Positions 1 to 9,007 of a DNA stretch of 32,000 nucleotides are shown here, piece by piece. Source of the stretch: Pseudomonas aeruginosa. Its GTDB lineage: Bacteria > Pseudomonadota > Gammaproteobacteria > Pseudomonadales > Pseudomonadaceae. Position 1 is the stretch's first letter; every line of letters begins with the position of its first letter. Made by a program: the position numbers and the translations under genes. The DNA lies in assembly GCF_001457615.1 (NCBI RefSeq), contig NZ_LN831024.1, positions 6,180,001 through 6,212,000 of the forward strand, in the 5' to 3' direction. Below the pieces are notes generated by a model. The model saw nothing but the letters and a program-made list of their open reading frames with translations, was not told the origin of the DNA and did no database searches.

Positions 1-1677
1 GGCCAGCCCGCCCTCCTCCTGGCGCGCCCGCTGGGCCGCCTCGTGCAGCCGCTCGCGGAACAACCGGCGGTTGGCCAGGCCGGTCAGTTCGTCGTAGTGC
101 AGCAGGTGACGCAGGCGCTCCTCGACGTCGCGGCGGGCACTGAGATCGGTGAAGAAACCGACGATGTGGGTCGCCTCGCCATTGCCGTCGCGCAGCAGGT
201 TGAGCTGCAGCCATTGGGGATAGGGATCGCCATTCTTCCGCGTATCCACCAGTTCGCCCTGCCACTGCCCGTGCTGGCGCAGCTCGGCGCGGATCTGCCG
301 GTAGTGGCGCTGGGCCTCGGGGGTATTCACCAGCAGGCTGGCGTTGCGCCCGACCACGTCCTCGCGGCGATAGCCGGTGATGCGACTGAAGGCCTGGTTG
401 ACCGCCAGCAGGTTGTAGGCCGGATCGAGGATCACGATGCTCTCGCTGGCCGCCTCGAACACTGTCGCGGCCAGTTGCTGCTGCTCTTCCAGGCGCTTGC
501 GCGCGCTGATGTCGCTGCGCGTGCCGAGCATCCGCGTCACCCGTCCCCGCGGGTCGCGAGCCATGGCCCGGCCACGATCCTCCAGCCAGCGCCAGCCGCC
601 CTCCCGGTCGCGCACGCGGTACTCCACCCGGTACAGCTCGCTGCGCCCCTTGAGATGTTCGGCGAGGGCGCGACGGATGCGCGGCAGGTCGCCGGGGTGG
701 ATGCTTTCGATCAGCCTGCGATAGTCCTCGGGACCGCCCCCGGCGTCGCTGAAGACCGCCTCGAGATAGGAATGCTGGACCCGGCCGCTCTCCAGGTCCC
801 AGTCCCACAACCCCAGTTCGCTGGCCTCCAGGGCCATGGCCAGGCGCGCCTCGCTCTGGCTGAGCGCCTGGCTGGTCGCGCCAAGCTCCTCGGTGCGCGC
901 CTCCACCCGGCGCTGCAAGGCGTCGCGGGCGGCGCGCAGCTCGCGTTCGACCAGGCGCCGCTGGCCGACCTCCTGGGCGAGCTTGCGATTGAGCGCTTCG
1001 GCCTCCGCATTGACGCGTTCCAGGTGCAGGTTCAGCGCCTGGGTCTGGAAGCGTCGCAGCAGCGCGCCCTGCACCAGCCGGTGGATCTGCCCGGCGACCA
1101 CCAGCAGCGCCACCAGCAGGATCAGGCCGAGCACGCCCCAGCCCTGCAACAGGCTATGCGGCTGCAACAGCAGGAAAACGATGGATGGCAGCAGGCCCGG
1201 CAAGGCGAAGGTGAGGAAGGCCGGCAGGCTCACCGCATAGGCGACGCTGGCGGAGAGGATCGCCGCCGCCACCAGGCCGAACACCAGCACCTGCTGGAGG
1301 AAGGCATCGGCCGGGACCAGCATGATCACCGCGAACGCCAGGGTCAGGCCCGAGGCGCCGGCGCCGCACAGGAAGGTCCGCCGCCAGTGGCGGCTGGCCT
1401 GGCGACGGCTGTCGGCCTGCTGGAAGGCGGCGACCTGCAGCAGGCGCAGGACGGCGAGCAACACCAGCCAGACCAGCCAGCCGCCGAGCAGCCAGCTGCT
1501 GACCTTGCCCCACACCAGGCAGGCGCTGGTCACGCCGCCGAGCAGCATGAGCAGGGTCGGCGTGCGCGAGCCGAGATAAAGGAGCCGGGTACGCTCGATG
1601 GCGATTTCGCGGGCGTAGAGCCGCAGTACATCGGTGCTGCCGCCCGGCAGCGCCAAGGGCTCGACATGGACGGTCAT
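1..1677 (-). CDS. Membrane-anchored PAS/GGDEF sensory protein, partial (C-terminus beyond window)
   Basis: Not in the ORF track because no stop lies in the window. Minus-strand reading from ATG at 1675-1677 gives MTVHVEPLALPGGSTDVLRLYAREIAIERTRLLYLGSRTPTLLMLLGGV..., a hydrophobic N-terminus. Near the window edge it gives HIVGFFTDLSARRDVEERLRHLLHYDELTGLANRRLFRERL, the typical end of a PAS domain and start of a GGDEF domain. Confidence 0.85.
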   Translation of the reverse strand, partial: MTVHVEPLALPGGSTDVLRLYAREIAIERTRLLYLGSRTPTLLMLLGGVTSACLVWGKVSSWLLGGWLVWLVLLAVLRLLQVAAFQQADSRRQASRHWRRTFLCGAGASGLTLAFAVIMLVPADAFLQQVLVFGLVAAAILSASVAYAVSLPAFLTFALPGLLPSIVFLLLQPHSLLQGWGVLGLILLVALLVVAGQIHRLVQGALLRRFQTQALNLHLERVNAEAEALNRKLAQEVGQRRLVERELRAARDALQRRVEARTEELGATSQALSQSEARLAMALEASELGLWDWDLESGRVQHSYLEAVFSDAGGGPEDYRRLIESIHPGDLPRIRRALAEHLKGRSELYRVEYRVRDREGGWRWLEDRGRAMARDPRGRVTRMLGTRSDISARKRLEEQQQLAATVFEAASESIVILDPAYNLLAVNQAFSRITGYRREDVVGRNASLLVNTPEAQRHYRQIRAELRQHGQWQGELVDTRKNGDPYPQWLQLNLLRDGNGEATHIVGFFTDLSARRDVEERLRHLLHYDELTGLANRRLFRERLHEAAQRARQEEGGLA

Positions 1678-1853
1678 AGGCGCTTGTTCTTGTAGTGGTT
1701 TGCCTTGAAGTGGCCGGAGCATAACCGAGCAGGGGCAGGCTGCCCAAGGCCGGGATAGAGCATTTTTCCGCAGCCAGGCCCGACGCTGCGCCGGCCTGCG
1801 CCGAATGGCGGCCCGGTTTGCCCGGCTTTTCCCCGCCCCGGTAGAATGCCGCG

Positions 1854-4040
1854 ATGAACGACGACCTCTCCCTCCTGCTGAACTCCCTCAACGACCCGCA
1901 GCGCCAGGCCGTGGCCGCGCCGCTGGGCCGCCAACTGGTCCTCGCCGGCGCCGGCTCGGGCAAGACCCGCGTGCTGGTGCACCGGATCGCCTGGCTGATC
2001 CAGGTCGAGCACGCCTCGCCCTACAGCATCCTGTCGGTGACCTTCACCAACAAGGCGGCGGCGGAGATGCGCCACCGCATCGAGCAGTTGCTCGGGATCA
2101 ATCCGGCGGGCATGTGGGTCGGCACCTTCCACGGCCTCGCCCATCGCCTGCTGCGCGCGCACTGGCGCGAGGCCGGGCTGAGCGAGAACTTCCAGATCCT
2201 CGACAGCGACGACCAGCAACGCCTGGTCAAGCGGGTGATCCGCGAACTCGGCCTCGACGAGCAGCGCTGGCCGGCGCGCCAGGCCCAGTGGTTCATCAAC
2301 GGGCAGAAGGACGAGGGCCTGCGGCCGCAACACATCCAGCCCGGCGGCGACCTGTTCCTCGCCACCATGCTGAAGATCTACGAAGCCTACGAGGCGGCCT
2401 GCGCCCGCGCCGGGGTGATCGACTTCTCCGAGCTGCTGCTGCGCGCCCTGGACCTCTGGCGCGACCATCCCGGCGTGCTCGAGCACTACCAGCGGCGCTT
2501 CCGCCATATCCTGGTGGACGAGTTCCAGGACACCAACGCCGTGCAGTACGCCTGGCTACGGATTCTCGCCAAGGGCGGCGACAGCCTGATGGTGGTCGGC
2601 GACGACGACCAGTCGATCTACGGCTGGCGTGGCGCACGGATCGAGAACATCCAGCAGTTCAGCGACGACTTCGCCGACGCCGAGGTGATCCGCCTGGAGC
2701 AGAACTACCGTTCCACCGCGTCGATCCTCAAGGCCGCCAACGCCCTGATCGCCAACAATCAGGGACGCCTGGGCAAGGAGTTGTGGACCGACGGCGAGGA
2801 CGGCGAGTCGCTGAGCCTGTACGCCGCGTTCAACGAGCACGACGAGGCGCGCTACGTGGTCGAGTCGATCGAGAGCGCGCTCAAGGGCGGCCTGGCGCGC
2901 AGCGAGATCGCCATCCTCTACCGCTCCAACGCCCAGTCGCGGGTGCTGGAGGAAGCCCTGCTGCGGGAGAAGATTCCCTACCGCATCTACGGCGGCCAGC
3001 GCTTCTTCGAGCGTGCCGAGATCAAGAACGCCATGGCCTACCTGCGCCTGCTCGACGGCCGCGGCAACGACGCGGCGCTGGAACGGGTGGTCAACGTGCC
3101 GGCACGCGGCATCGGCGAGAAGACCGTGGAGAGCATCCGCGAATTCGCCCGCGGCAACGATGTGTCGATGTGGGAGGCGATCCGCCTGATGATCGCCAAC
3201 AAGGTCCTGCCCGGCCGCGCCGCCAGCGCCCTGACCGGCTTCGTCGAGCTGATCGAGAATCTTTCGGCGAAGGTCATGGACATGCCGCTGCACCTGATGA
3301 CCCAGACGGTGATCGAGCAGTCCGGACTGATCAGCTACCACAAGGAAGAAAAAGGCGAGAAAGGCCAGGCCCGGGTGGAGAACCTCGAGGAACTGGTCAG
3401 CGCCGCCCGCGCCTTCGAGAACAGCGAGGAAGAGGAAGACCTCACCCCGCTGCAGGCCTTCCTCAGCCACGCCTCCCTGGAGGCCGGGGAAACCCAGGCC
3501 GACGCCCACGAGGACAGTGTCCAGCTGATGACCCTGCACAGCGCCAAGGGCCTGGAGTTCCCGCTGGTGTTCCTGGTCGGCATGGAGGAAGGGCTGTTCC
3601 CGCACAAGATGAGCCTGGAGGAATCCGGCCGCCTGGAAGAGGAACGCCGCCTGGCCTACGTCGGCGTCACCCGCGCCATGCAGCGACTGGTCCTGACCTA
3701 CGCGGAGACCCGCCGGCTCTACGGTAGCGAGACCTACAACAAGGTTTCGCGCTTCATCCGCGAGATCCCGCCGGCGCTGATCCAGGAAGTGCGCCTGTCC
3801 AATACCGTCAGCCGCCCCTACGGCGGCACTTCGCGCAACGCCGGCGGCAGCCTGTTCAGCGGCGCCGGGGTGCCGGAGACGCCCTTCTCCCTCGGCCAGC
3901 GGGTTCGCCACGCGCTGTTCGGCGAAGGGACTATCCTCAACTTCGAAGGCGCCGGCGCCCAGGCCCGGGTGCAGGTGAACTTCGAGAGCGAAGGCAGCAA
4001 GTGGCTGATGCTCGGCTACGCCAAGCTGGAAGCCCTGTAG
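1854..4040 (+). CDS. uvrD: DNA helicase II, UvrD/Rep family (SF1)
   Basis: 728 aa; Walker A AGAGSGKTRVL, VTFTNKAAAEMRHRI, VDEFQDTNAVQY, GDDDQSIYGWRGA, LMTLHSAKGLEFPLVFLVGMEEGLFPH, and a UvrD-like C-terminus. Confidence 0.97.
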   Translation: MNDDLSLLLNSLNDPQRQAVAAPLGRQLVLAGAGSGKTRVLVHRIAWLIQVEHASPYSILSVTFTNKAAAEMRHRIEQLLGINPAGMWVGTFHGLAHRLLRAHWREAGLSENFQILDSDDQQRLVKRVIRELGLDEQRWPARQAQWFINGQKDEGLRPQHIQPGGDLFLATMLKIYEAYEAACARAGVIDFSELLLRALDLWRDHPGVLEHYQRRFRHILVDEFQDTNAVQYAWLRILAKGGDSLMVVGDDDQSIYGWRGARIENIQQFSDDFADAEVIRLEQNYRSTASILKAANALIANNQGRLGKELWTDGEDGESLSLYAAFNEHDEARYVVESIESALKGGLARSEIAILYRSNAQSRVLEEALLREKIPYRIYGGQRFFERAEIKNAMAYLRLLDGRGNDAALERVVNVPARGIGEKTVESIREFARGNDVSMWEAIRLMIANKVLPGRAASALTGFVELIENLSAKVMDMPLHLMTQTVIEQSGLISYHKEEKGEKGQARVENLEELVSAARAFENSEEEEDLTPLQAFLSHASLEAGETQADAHEDSVQLMTLHSAKGLEFPLVFLVGMEEGLFPHKMSLEESGRLEEERRLAYVGVTRAMQRLVLTYAETRRLYGSETYNKVSRFIREIPPALIQEVRLSNTVSRPYGGTSRNAGGSLFSGAGVPETPFSLGQRVRHALFGEGTILNFEGAGAQARVQVNFESEGSKWLMLGYAKLEAL

Positions 4041-4077
4041 CGGCGCAGCCCGTGGAGAAGGCCCGGAGGAGGACGAC

Positions 4078-4506
4078 ATGCTGGCATCCTGGGCCTTCTG
4101 GGCACTGCTTTCGGCGCTGTTCGCCGCTCTGACCGCGATCTTCGCCAAGATCGGCCTCGACCGGGTCGATTCGGACTTCGCCACCTTCATCCGCACCCTG
4201 GTGATCCTCGTCACCCTCGGCGGCATCCTCGCGGTCCTGGGCAAGTTCCAGGCCCCGGGCAGCATCCCGCCGCGCAGCTGGCTGTTCCTGGTGCTCTCCG
4301 GGCTGGCCACCGGTGCCTCCTGGATCTGCTATTTCCGCGCCCTCAAGCTCGGCCCGGCGTCGCTGGTGGCGCCGCTGGACAAGTTCAGCGTGGTGCTGGT
4401 GGCACTGCTCGGCGTGGCCTTCCTCGGCGAACGCCTGGACCTGCGCCAATGGCTCGGCGTAGCCCTGGTGACAGCGGGCGTGGTGGTCCTGGCAATCCGC
4501 CCATAA
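4078..4506 (+). CDS. EamA/DMT-family small multidrug-resistance-like membrane protein
   Basis: 142 aa with four hydrophobic segments; MLASWAFWALLSALFAALTAIFAKIGLDRVDSDFATFIRT is typical of single EamA-domain proteins. Confidence 0.85.
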   Translation: MLASWAFWALLSALFAALTAIFAKIGLDRVDSDFATFIRTLVILVTLGGILAVLGKFQAPGSIPPRSWLFLVLSGLATGASWICYFRALKLGPASLVAPLDKFSVVLVALLGVAFLGERLDLRQWLGVALVTAGVVVLAIRP

Positions 4507-4603
4507 GCCCGCTGAATGGCGCTTCGACCTTGGTATAAAGGCGAAAAATCGCGGAAACCCTAGACTGGCGGCCTCTAATAATTCGTCGTCTGAGGTTCGT
4601 TCC

Positions 4604-6097
4604 ATGTACCGTGATCGCGTGCGCCTGCCCTCCCTGCTCGACAAGGTGATGAGTGCGGCCGAAGCCGCCGACCTGATCCAGGACGGCATGACCGTCGGCA
4701 TGAGCGGTTTCACCCGCGCCGGCGAGGCCAAGGCCGTACCCCAGGCGCTGGCCATGCGCGCCAAGGAACGTCCGCTGCGTATCAGCCTGATGACCGGCGC
4801 CAGCCTCGGCAACGACCTCGACAAGCAGCTCACCGAGGCCGGCGTGCTCGCCCGGCGCATGCCGTTCCAGGTCGACAGCACCCTGCGCAAGGCGATCAAC
4901 GCCGGCGAAGTGATGTTCATCGACCAGCACCTCTCGGAAACCGTCGAGCAGTTGCGCAACCACCAGCTGAAGCTGCCGGACATCGCCGTCATCGAAGCCG
5001 CCGCGATCACCGAGCAGGGTCACATCGTGCCGACCACCTCGGTGGGCAACTCGGCGAGCTTCGCGATCTTCGCCAAGCAGGTCATCGTCGAGATCAACCT
5101 GGCCCACAGCACCAACCTGGAAGGCCTGCACGACATCTATATCCCGACCTACCGGCCGACCCGCACGCCGATCCCGCTGACCCGCGTCGACGACCGCATC
5201 GGCAGCACGGCGATCCCGATCCCGCCGGAGAAGATCGTCGCCATCGTCATCAACGACCAGCCGGACTCGCCATCCACCGTGCTGCCGCCGGACGGCGAGA
5301 CCCAGGCCATCGCCAACCACCTGATCGATTTCTTCAAGCGCGAGGTCGACGCCGGGCGCATGAGCAACAGCCTCGGCCCGCTGCAGGCCGGTATCGGCAG
5401 CATCGCCAACGCGGTGATGTGCGGCCTGATCGAGTCGCCGTTCGAGAACCTGACCATGTACTCCGAAGTGCTGCAGGACTCGACCTTCGACCTGATCGAC
5501 GCCGGCAAGCTGCGCTTCGCCTCGGGCAGCTCGATCACCCTGTCGCCGCGGCGCAACGCCGACGTGTTCGGTAACCTGGAGCGCTACAAGGACAAGCTGG
5601 TGCTGCGCCCGCAGGAAATCTCCAACCACCCCGAGGTGGTCCGTCGCCTGGGCATCATCGGCATCAATACGGCGCTGGAGTTCGACATCTACGGCAACGT
5701 CAACTCGACCCACGTCGGCGGCACCAAGATGATGAACGGCATCGGCGGCTCCGGCGACTTCGCCCGCAACGCGCACCTGGCGATCTTCGTCACCAAGTCG
5801 ATCGCCAAGGGCGGCAACATTTCCAGCGTGGTGCCGATGGTCAGCCACGTCGACCACACCGAGCACGACGTCGACATCCTCGTCACCGAGCAGGGCCTCG
5901 CCGACCTGCGCGGCCTGGCGCCTCGCGAACGGGCCCGGGTGATCATCGAGAACTGTGTCCACCCGTCCTACCAGGCACCGCTGCTGGACTACTTCGAGGC
6001 GGCTTGCGCGAAAGGCGGCCACACGCCGCATCTGTTGCGCGAGGCGCTGGCCTGGCACCTGAACCTGGAAGAACGTGGACACATGCTGGCCGGCTGA
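4604..6097 (+). CDS. Acetyl-CoA hydrolase / succinate:acetate CoA-transferase family protein
   Basis: 497 aa; DLIQDGMTVGMSGFTRAGEAKAVPQALA, GIGSIANAVM, GGSGDFARNAHLAIFVTKS, VDILVTEQGLADLRGL are characteristic family motifs. Confidence 0.92.
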   Translation: MYRDRVRLPSLLDKVMSAAEAADLIQDGMTVGMSGFTRAGEAKAVPQALAMRAKERPLRISLMTGASLGNDLDKQLTEAGVLARRMPFQVDSTLRKAINAGEVMFIDQHLSETVEQLRNHQLKLPDIAVIEAAAITEQGHIVPTTSVGNSASFAIFAKQVIVEINLAHSTNLEGLHDIYIPTYRPTRTPIPLTRVDDRIGSTAIPIPPEKIVAIVINDQPDSPSTVLPPDGETQAIANHLIDFFKREVDAGRMSNSLGPLQAGIGSIANAVMCGLIESPFENLTMYSEVLQDSTFDLIDAGKLRFASGSSITLSPRRNADVFGNLERYKDKLVLRPQEISNHPEVVRRLGIIGINTALEFDIYGNVNSTHVGGTKMMNGIGGSGDFARNAHLAIFVTKSIAKGGNISSVVPMVSHVDHTEHDVDILVTEQGLADLRGLAPRERARVIIENCVHPSYQAPLLDYFEAACAKGGHTPHLLREALAWHLNLEERGHMLAG

Positions 6098-6124
6098 GGC
6101 TGAACCGTTTCATCCGCAACTATT

Positions 6125-6162
6125 TCCAGCGCCCGGACGATTAATTCTTCCGGGCGTCTGGA
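6125..6162. terminator. Long stem-loop after the CoA-transferase gene
   Basis: TCCAGCGCCCGGA (6125-6137) pairs with TCCGGGCGTCTGGA (6149-6162): 13 bp with one bulged T and an 11-nt loop, 28 bp after the stop. No immediate U-tract, so the terminator role is inferred. Confidence 0.5.
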
Positions 6163-6474
6163 CAGGGCAGAAAAAACCACGTAAAAACATATTTCGGCGG
6201 CCTTTTCTCTTGCCGCCATCGCAACACGCCCACCCGGCCCTTTCGCTTTTCCTGCTGTAACACTTCGTTGTTTCTTTCGGTAACGCACCATGACGGTGCA
6301 GAGCGGTACAGTTACGCACCGAAACAACCCATACAGTTCGGAAACACACCCCGGTGATCCAACGCAATTCTCCGCAACTGTTCCTATTCTTGTTGACCTG
6401 TTAGTCAGATCATATTGCTCAGTTAATCACTAGCAACCTGACTACCCACCACAAGTGGGAAGGATCGACACATC

Positions 6475-6678
6475 ATGGAACGTACCCTCGGTTCCAACAC
6501 TTTCGACATCGCTCGCTCCAACCGCCGCAGCAGCAGCCTGCTGGGCACCATGAAACTGTGGCAGCGCCGCATCCAGAGCCGTCGCCAGCTGGCCCGCCTG
6601 GACTCCCGCCTGCTCGCCGACGCCGGCATCAGCGAAGCCCAGCGCTACGCCGAGCTGAACAAGCCGTTCTGGCGCTAA
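6475..6678 (+). CDS. DUF1127-domain small basic protein
   Basis: 67 aa; RRIQSRRQLARLDSRLLADAGISEAQRYAELNKPFWR matches the DUF1127 pattern; preceded by GGAAGG. Confidence 0.85.
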   Translation: MERTLGSNTFDIARSNRRSSSLLGTMKLWQRRIQSRRQLARLDSRLLADAGISEAQRYAELNKPFWR

Positions 6679-6723
6679 GCGATACTGTAACGTCCCGGTT
6701 CGGCCCAGCCTGAACTGTACCGT

Positions 6724-6747
6724 AGGCCGCTCCTTACCGAGCGGCCT
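6724..6747. terminator. Perfect 9-bp hairpin between convergent DUF1127 gene and wbpZ
   Basis: AGGCCGCTC (6724-6732), loop CTTACC, GAGCGGCCT (6739-6747). It spans the wbpZ stop codon at 6734-6736. Confidence 0.6.
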
Positions 6748-7879
6748 TCACGTATCTGGAAGAAGCCTTTTCCTCCAGCAGTTCACGGTACAGCTCGCTC
6801 CAGCGACGCCCCATCTCTTCGGCGGTGAACAGTTGCCGATAGCGGGCCTCCGCGTTCCTGCCCATTTCCTCCGCCTGCTGCGGATGCTCCCAGAGCCAGC
6901 GCATCGCTTGGCGAAACGCGGCCGGCTGGCTGGGCGGCACGACCAGGCCGGTCTCGCCATGGATATTGATGTAGCTGGTGCCGGTGCCGATCTCGCTGGA
7001 GATCATCGGCTTGCCGTACATCGCGCCCTCCAGCAGGGAGATACCGAACGCCTCGGAACGCAAGTGTGACGGAAAGACCATGGCGTAGCTGAGTTGCAGC
7101 AGGGCGACCTTGTCCTCGTCGTCCACCCGCCCGAGGAAGTGCACGTTGCGCAACCCCAGCGCCGCGGCCTGGACATACAGCTCGGCCTGCAACGGCCCGG
7201 CACCGACGATCACCACCGGGTAATCGGTGCCCTGCAACGCATCCAGCAGGATATGCAGGCCCTTGTAGTAGCGCATCACCCCGACGAACAGGAAGAACCG
7301 CGGCCCGAGTTTCTCTCGCCAGTGCTCCAGACGCTGTGCCGCAGGCTTCGGGTAGCAGGCCTTGTCCAGGCCGTAGGTGATCACCCGGGTCTTTTCCCGG
7401 TACTGGCGGAGCACGTCGCTGGTGCTGAAGTAGTTGGGCGACGCCACCGCGATCCGATCGACGCTATGAAGGAAGCGCCCCATCAGCGGCCGGTACAGTT
7501 TCAACAGGACGCGCTGGCGGATGATGTCCGAATGGTAGGTGACCACGCTCGGCTTGTTCATACCGGTGAGGAAATGCACCAGGTCCATGAACGGCCAGGG
7601 GAAGTGGTAGTTGACCACGTCCGCCTCCGCCGCCAGCTCGCGGAACTGCTTGAACACGCTCAGGGAAAACCCGGTGGAAGCGAGCTGCAGGTCGAGCCTG
7701 GCGCGATGCACCACATGTCCGCCGAAGGGCACGACAGGCGGATGCGGGTCGCTGCTCAGGGTCAGGACGTGGTTGTCGATCCCCCACGACCCGCTGCTCT
7801 CGCAAAGCTGGAAGATCACCTGTTCGATCCCGCCTACCGTTTCGCTCAGGTAGGTCTTGTAGAAGTGCAGTACCCGCAT
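6734..7879 (-). CDS. wbpZ: Glycosyltransferase, D-rhamnosyltransferase of the A-band/CPA cluster
   Basis: 381 aa GT4-type protein: YKTYLSETVGGIEQVIFQL, VGVMRYYKGLHILLDAL, FPSHLRSEAFGISLLEGAMYGKPMISSEIGTG. Last gene of the CPA operon order. Confidence 0.93.
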   Translation of the reverse strand: MRVLHFYKTYLSETVGGIEQVIFQLCESSGSWGIDNHVLTLSSDPHPPVVPFGGHVVHRARLDLQLASTGFSLSVFKQFRELAAEADVVNYHFPWPFMDLVHFLTGMNKPSVVTYHSDIIRQRVLLKLYRPLMGRFLHSVDRIAVASPNYFSTSDVLRQYREKTRVITYGLDKACYPKPAAQRLEHWREKLGPRFFLFVGVMRYYKGLHILLDALQGTDYPVVIVGAGPLQAELYVQAAALGLRNVHFLGRVDDEDKVALLQLSYAMVFPSHLRSEAFGISLLEGAMYGKPMISSEIGTGTSYINIHGETGLVVPPSQPAAFRQAMRWLWEHPQQAEEMGRNAEARYRQLFTAEEMGRRWSELYRELLEEKASSRYVKAAR

Positions 7880-9007
7880 TCAGCCCTCCACGGCACGACG
7901 ATAGGCTGCAGCGGTGAGATTCGCGCAACGCTTCCAGGAAAACTGCTCCGCCCGTCGCAGGCCGGCTTCCCGGCAGCACTCCCAGTAGACGGTATCCTCG
8001 GTCATGCGGACCAGCATGTCAGATAGCCCATTGGCATCATCCGGGTCAATATAGCTGCCCGCCTCGCCGGCCACCTCCGGCATTGCGGAGAGTCGCGTGA
8101 GCAATACCGGCGTGCCGCTGGCCATGGCTTCCAGCACAGGCAGGCCGAAGCCTTCGTAGATCGAGGGGAAGACCAGCGCCCGAGCGCCCGACATCAACTC
8201 GGCGACCCGCTCGTCCGGCAGGTAGCCGAGCAGCCGCACCGTTCCCGAAGCCAGCGCCTGGCGCAGTTCGTCGTCGAGCGAGCGACTTTCCCATCCCGGC
8301 ATGCCGACGATCATCAGCGGAAAACGCTGGCGGACCGCCGCCGGCAGTTGCCCATGGGCGCGCAGGGCCAGCGACAGGTTCTTGCGCGGTTCGAGGGTTC
8401 CTACGCAGAGGAAATACCCGCGCGGCACCAGGCCATGCGCGCGCAAGGGCTCGCGCAGGGACTCCCGGTCCCGCGGACGGAACCGCGCGGCATGGCCGAG
8501 GGGCGCCACCACGAAGCGCTCGCGCGGCAGGCCGAAATACGCCTGCGCCTCGTCGGCGATCGCCTGCGAGTCGGTCAGGATCAACCGCGCCTTTTCCATC
8601 CCGCGCGCCAGCCGGCGTTCTATTTCGCGCAAGCGGGCGGCGGGTTGCGTCGCCGGATAATGCAGGTGGGTCAGGTCGTGCAGGGTCATCAGCATCGGCC
8701 CGTCGAAGTCCAGCGGCCAGAGACTGGGCTCATGGTAGAGATCGACCGGCGGCCGACCGCTATCGAAACGCCGCTGCTCCAGCCAGCGTCGTGCCCGGTA
8801 GGCTCCGGGCAGGTTGCGCAGCCAGGGCGACAGACGCGAATAGCCGGGCAGCGCCGCCGCCGGCAGGTCGCCGCTCCAGCCCCAGCCATGGAACAGGGAA
8901 AACTCGAAGTCCGCGTGCGCCTGCAACGCGCCCAGCAACTCGACCAGGTAATGCCCGATGCCGGTCCGCGGCGCCTGGAGAATCCGCGCGTTAACCGCAA
9001 TCCGCAT
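7880..9007 (-). CDS. wbpY: Glycosyltransferase, D-rhamnosyltransferase of the A-band/CPA cluster
   Basis: GT4 motifs GTLEPRKNLSLALRAH and FPSIYEGFGLPVLEAMASGTPVL. Start taken as MRIAVNARILQAPRTGIG (ATG at 9005-9007); the track's alternative start is 9022. Confidence 0.92.
   Translation of the reverse strand: MRIAVNARILQAPRTGIGHYLVELLGALQAHADFEFSLFHGWGWSGDLPAAALPGYSRLSPWLRNLPGAYRARRWLEQRRFDSGRPPVDLYHEPSLWPLDFDGPMLMTLHDLTHLHYPATQPAARLREIERRLARGMEKARLILTDSQAIADEAQAYFGLPRERFVVAPLGHAARFRPRDRESLREPLRAHGLVPRGYFLCVGTLEPRKNLSLALRAHGQLPAAVRQRFPLMIVGMPGWESRSLDDELRQALASGTVRLLGYLPDERVAELMSGARALVFPSIYEGFGLPVLEAMASGTPVLLTRLSAMPEVAGEAGSYIDPDDANGLSDMLVRMTEDTVYWECCREAGLRRAEQFSWKRCANLTAAAYRRAVEG

Noticed and set aside
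43-1695. 550-aa plus-strand ORF
   Set aside because: Low-complexity Gln/Ala/Leu-rich shadow frame opposite the GGDEF-protein gene, whose minus-strand translation shows clear domain motifs.
2556-4310. 584-aa minus-strand ORF
   Set aside because: Antisense shadow frame of uvrD with no recognisable domain; typical of high-GC third-position bias.
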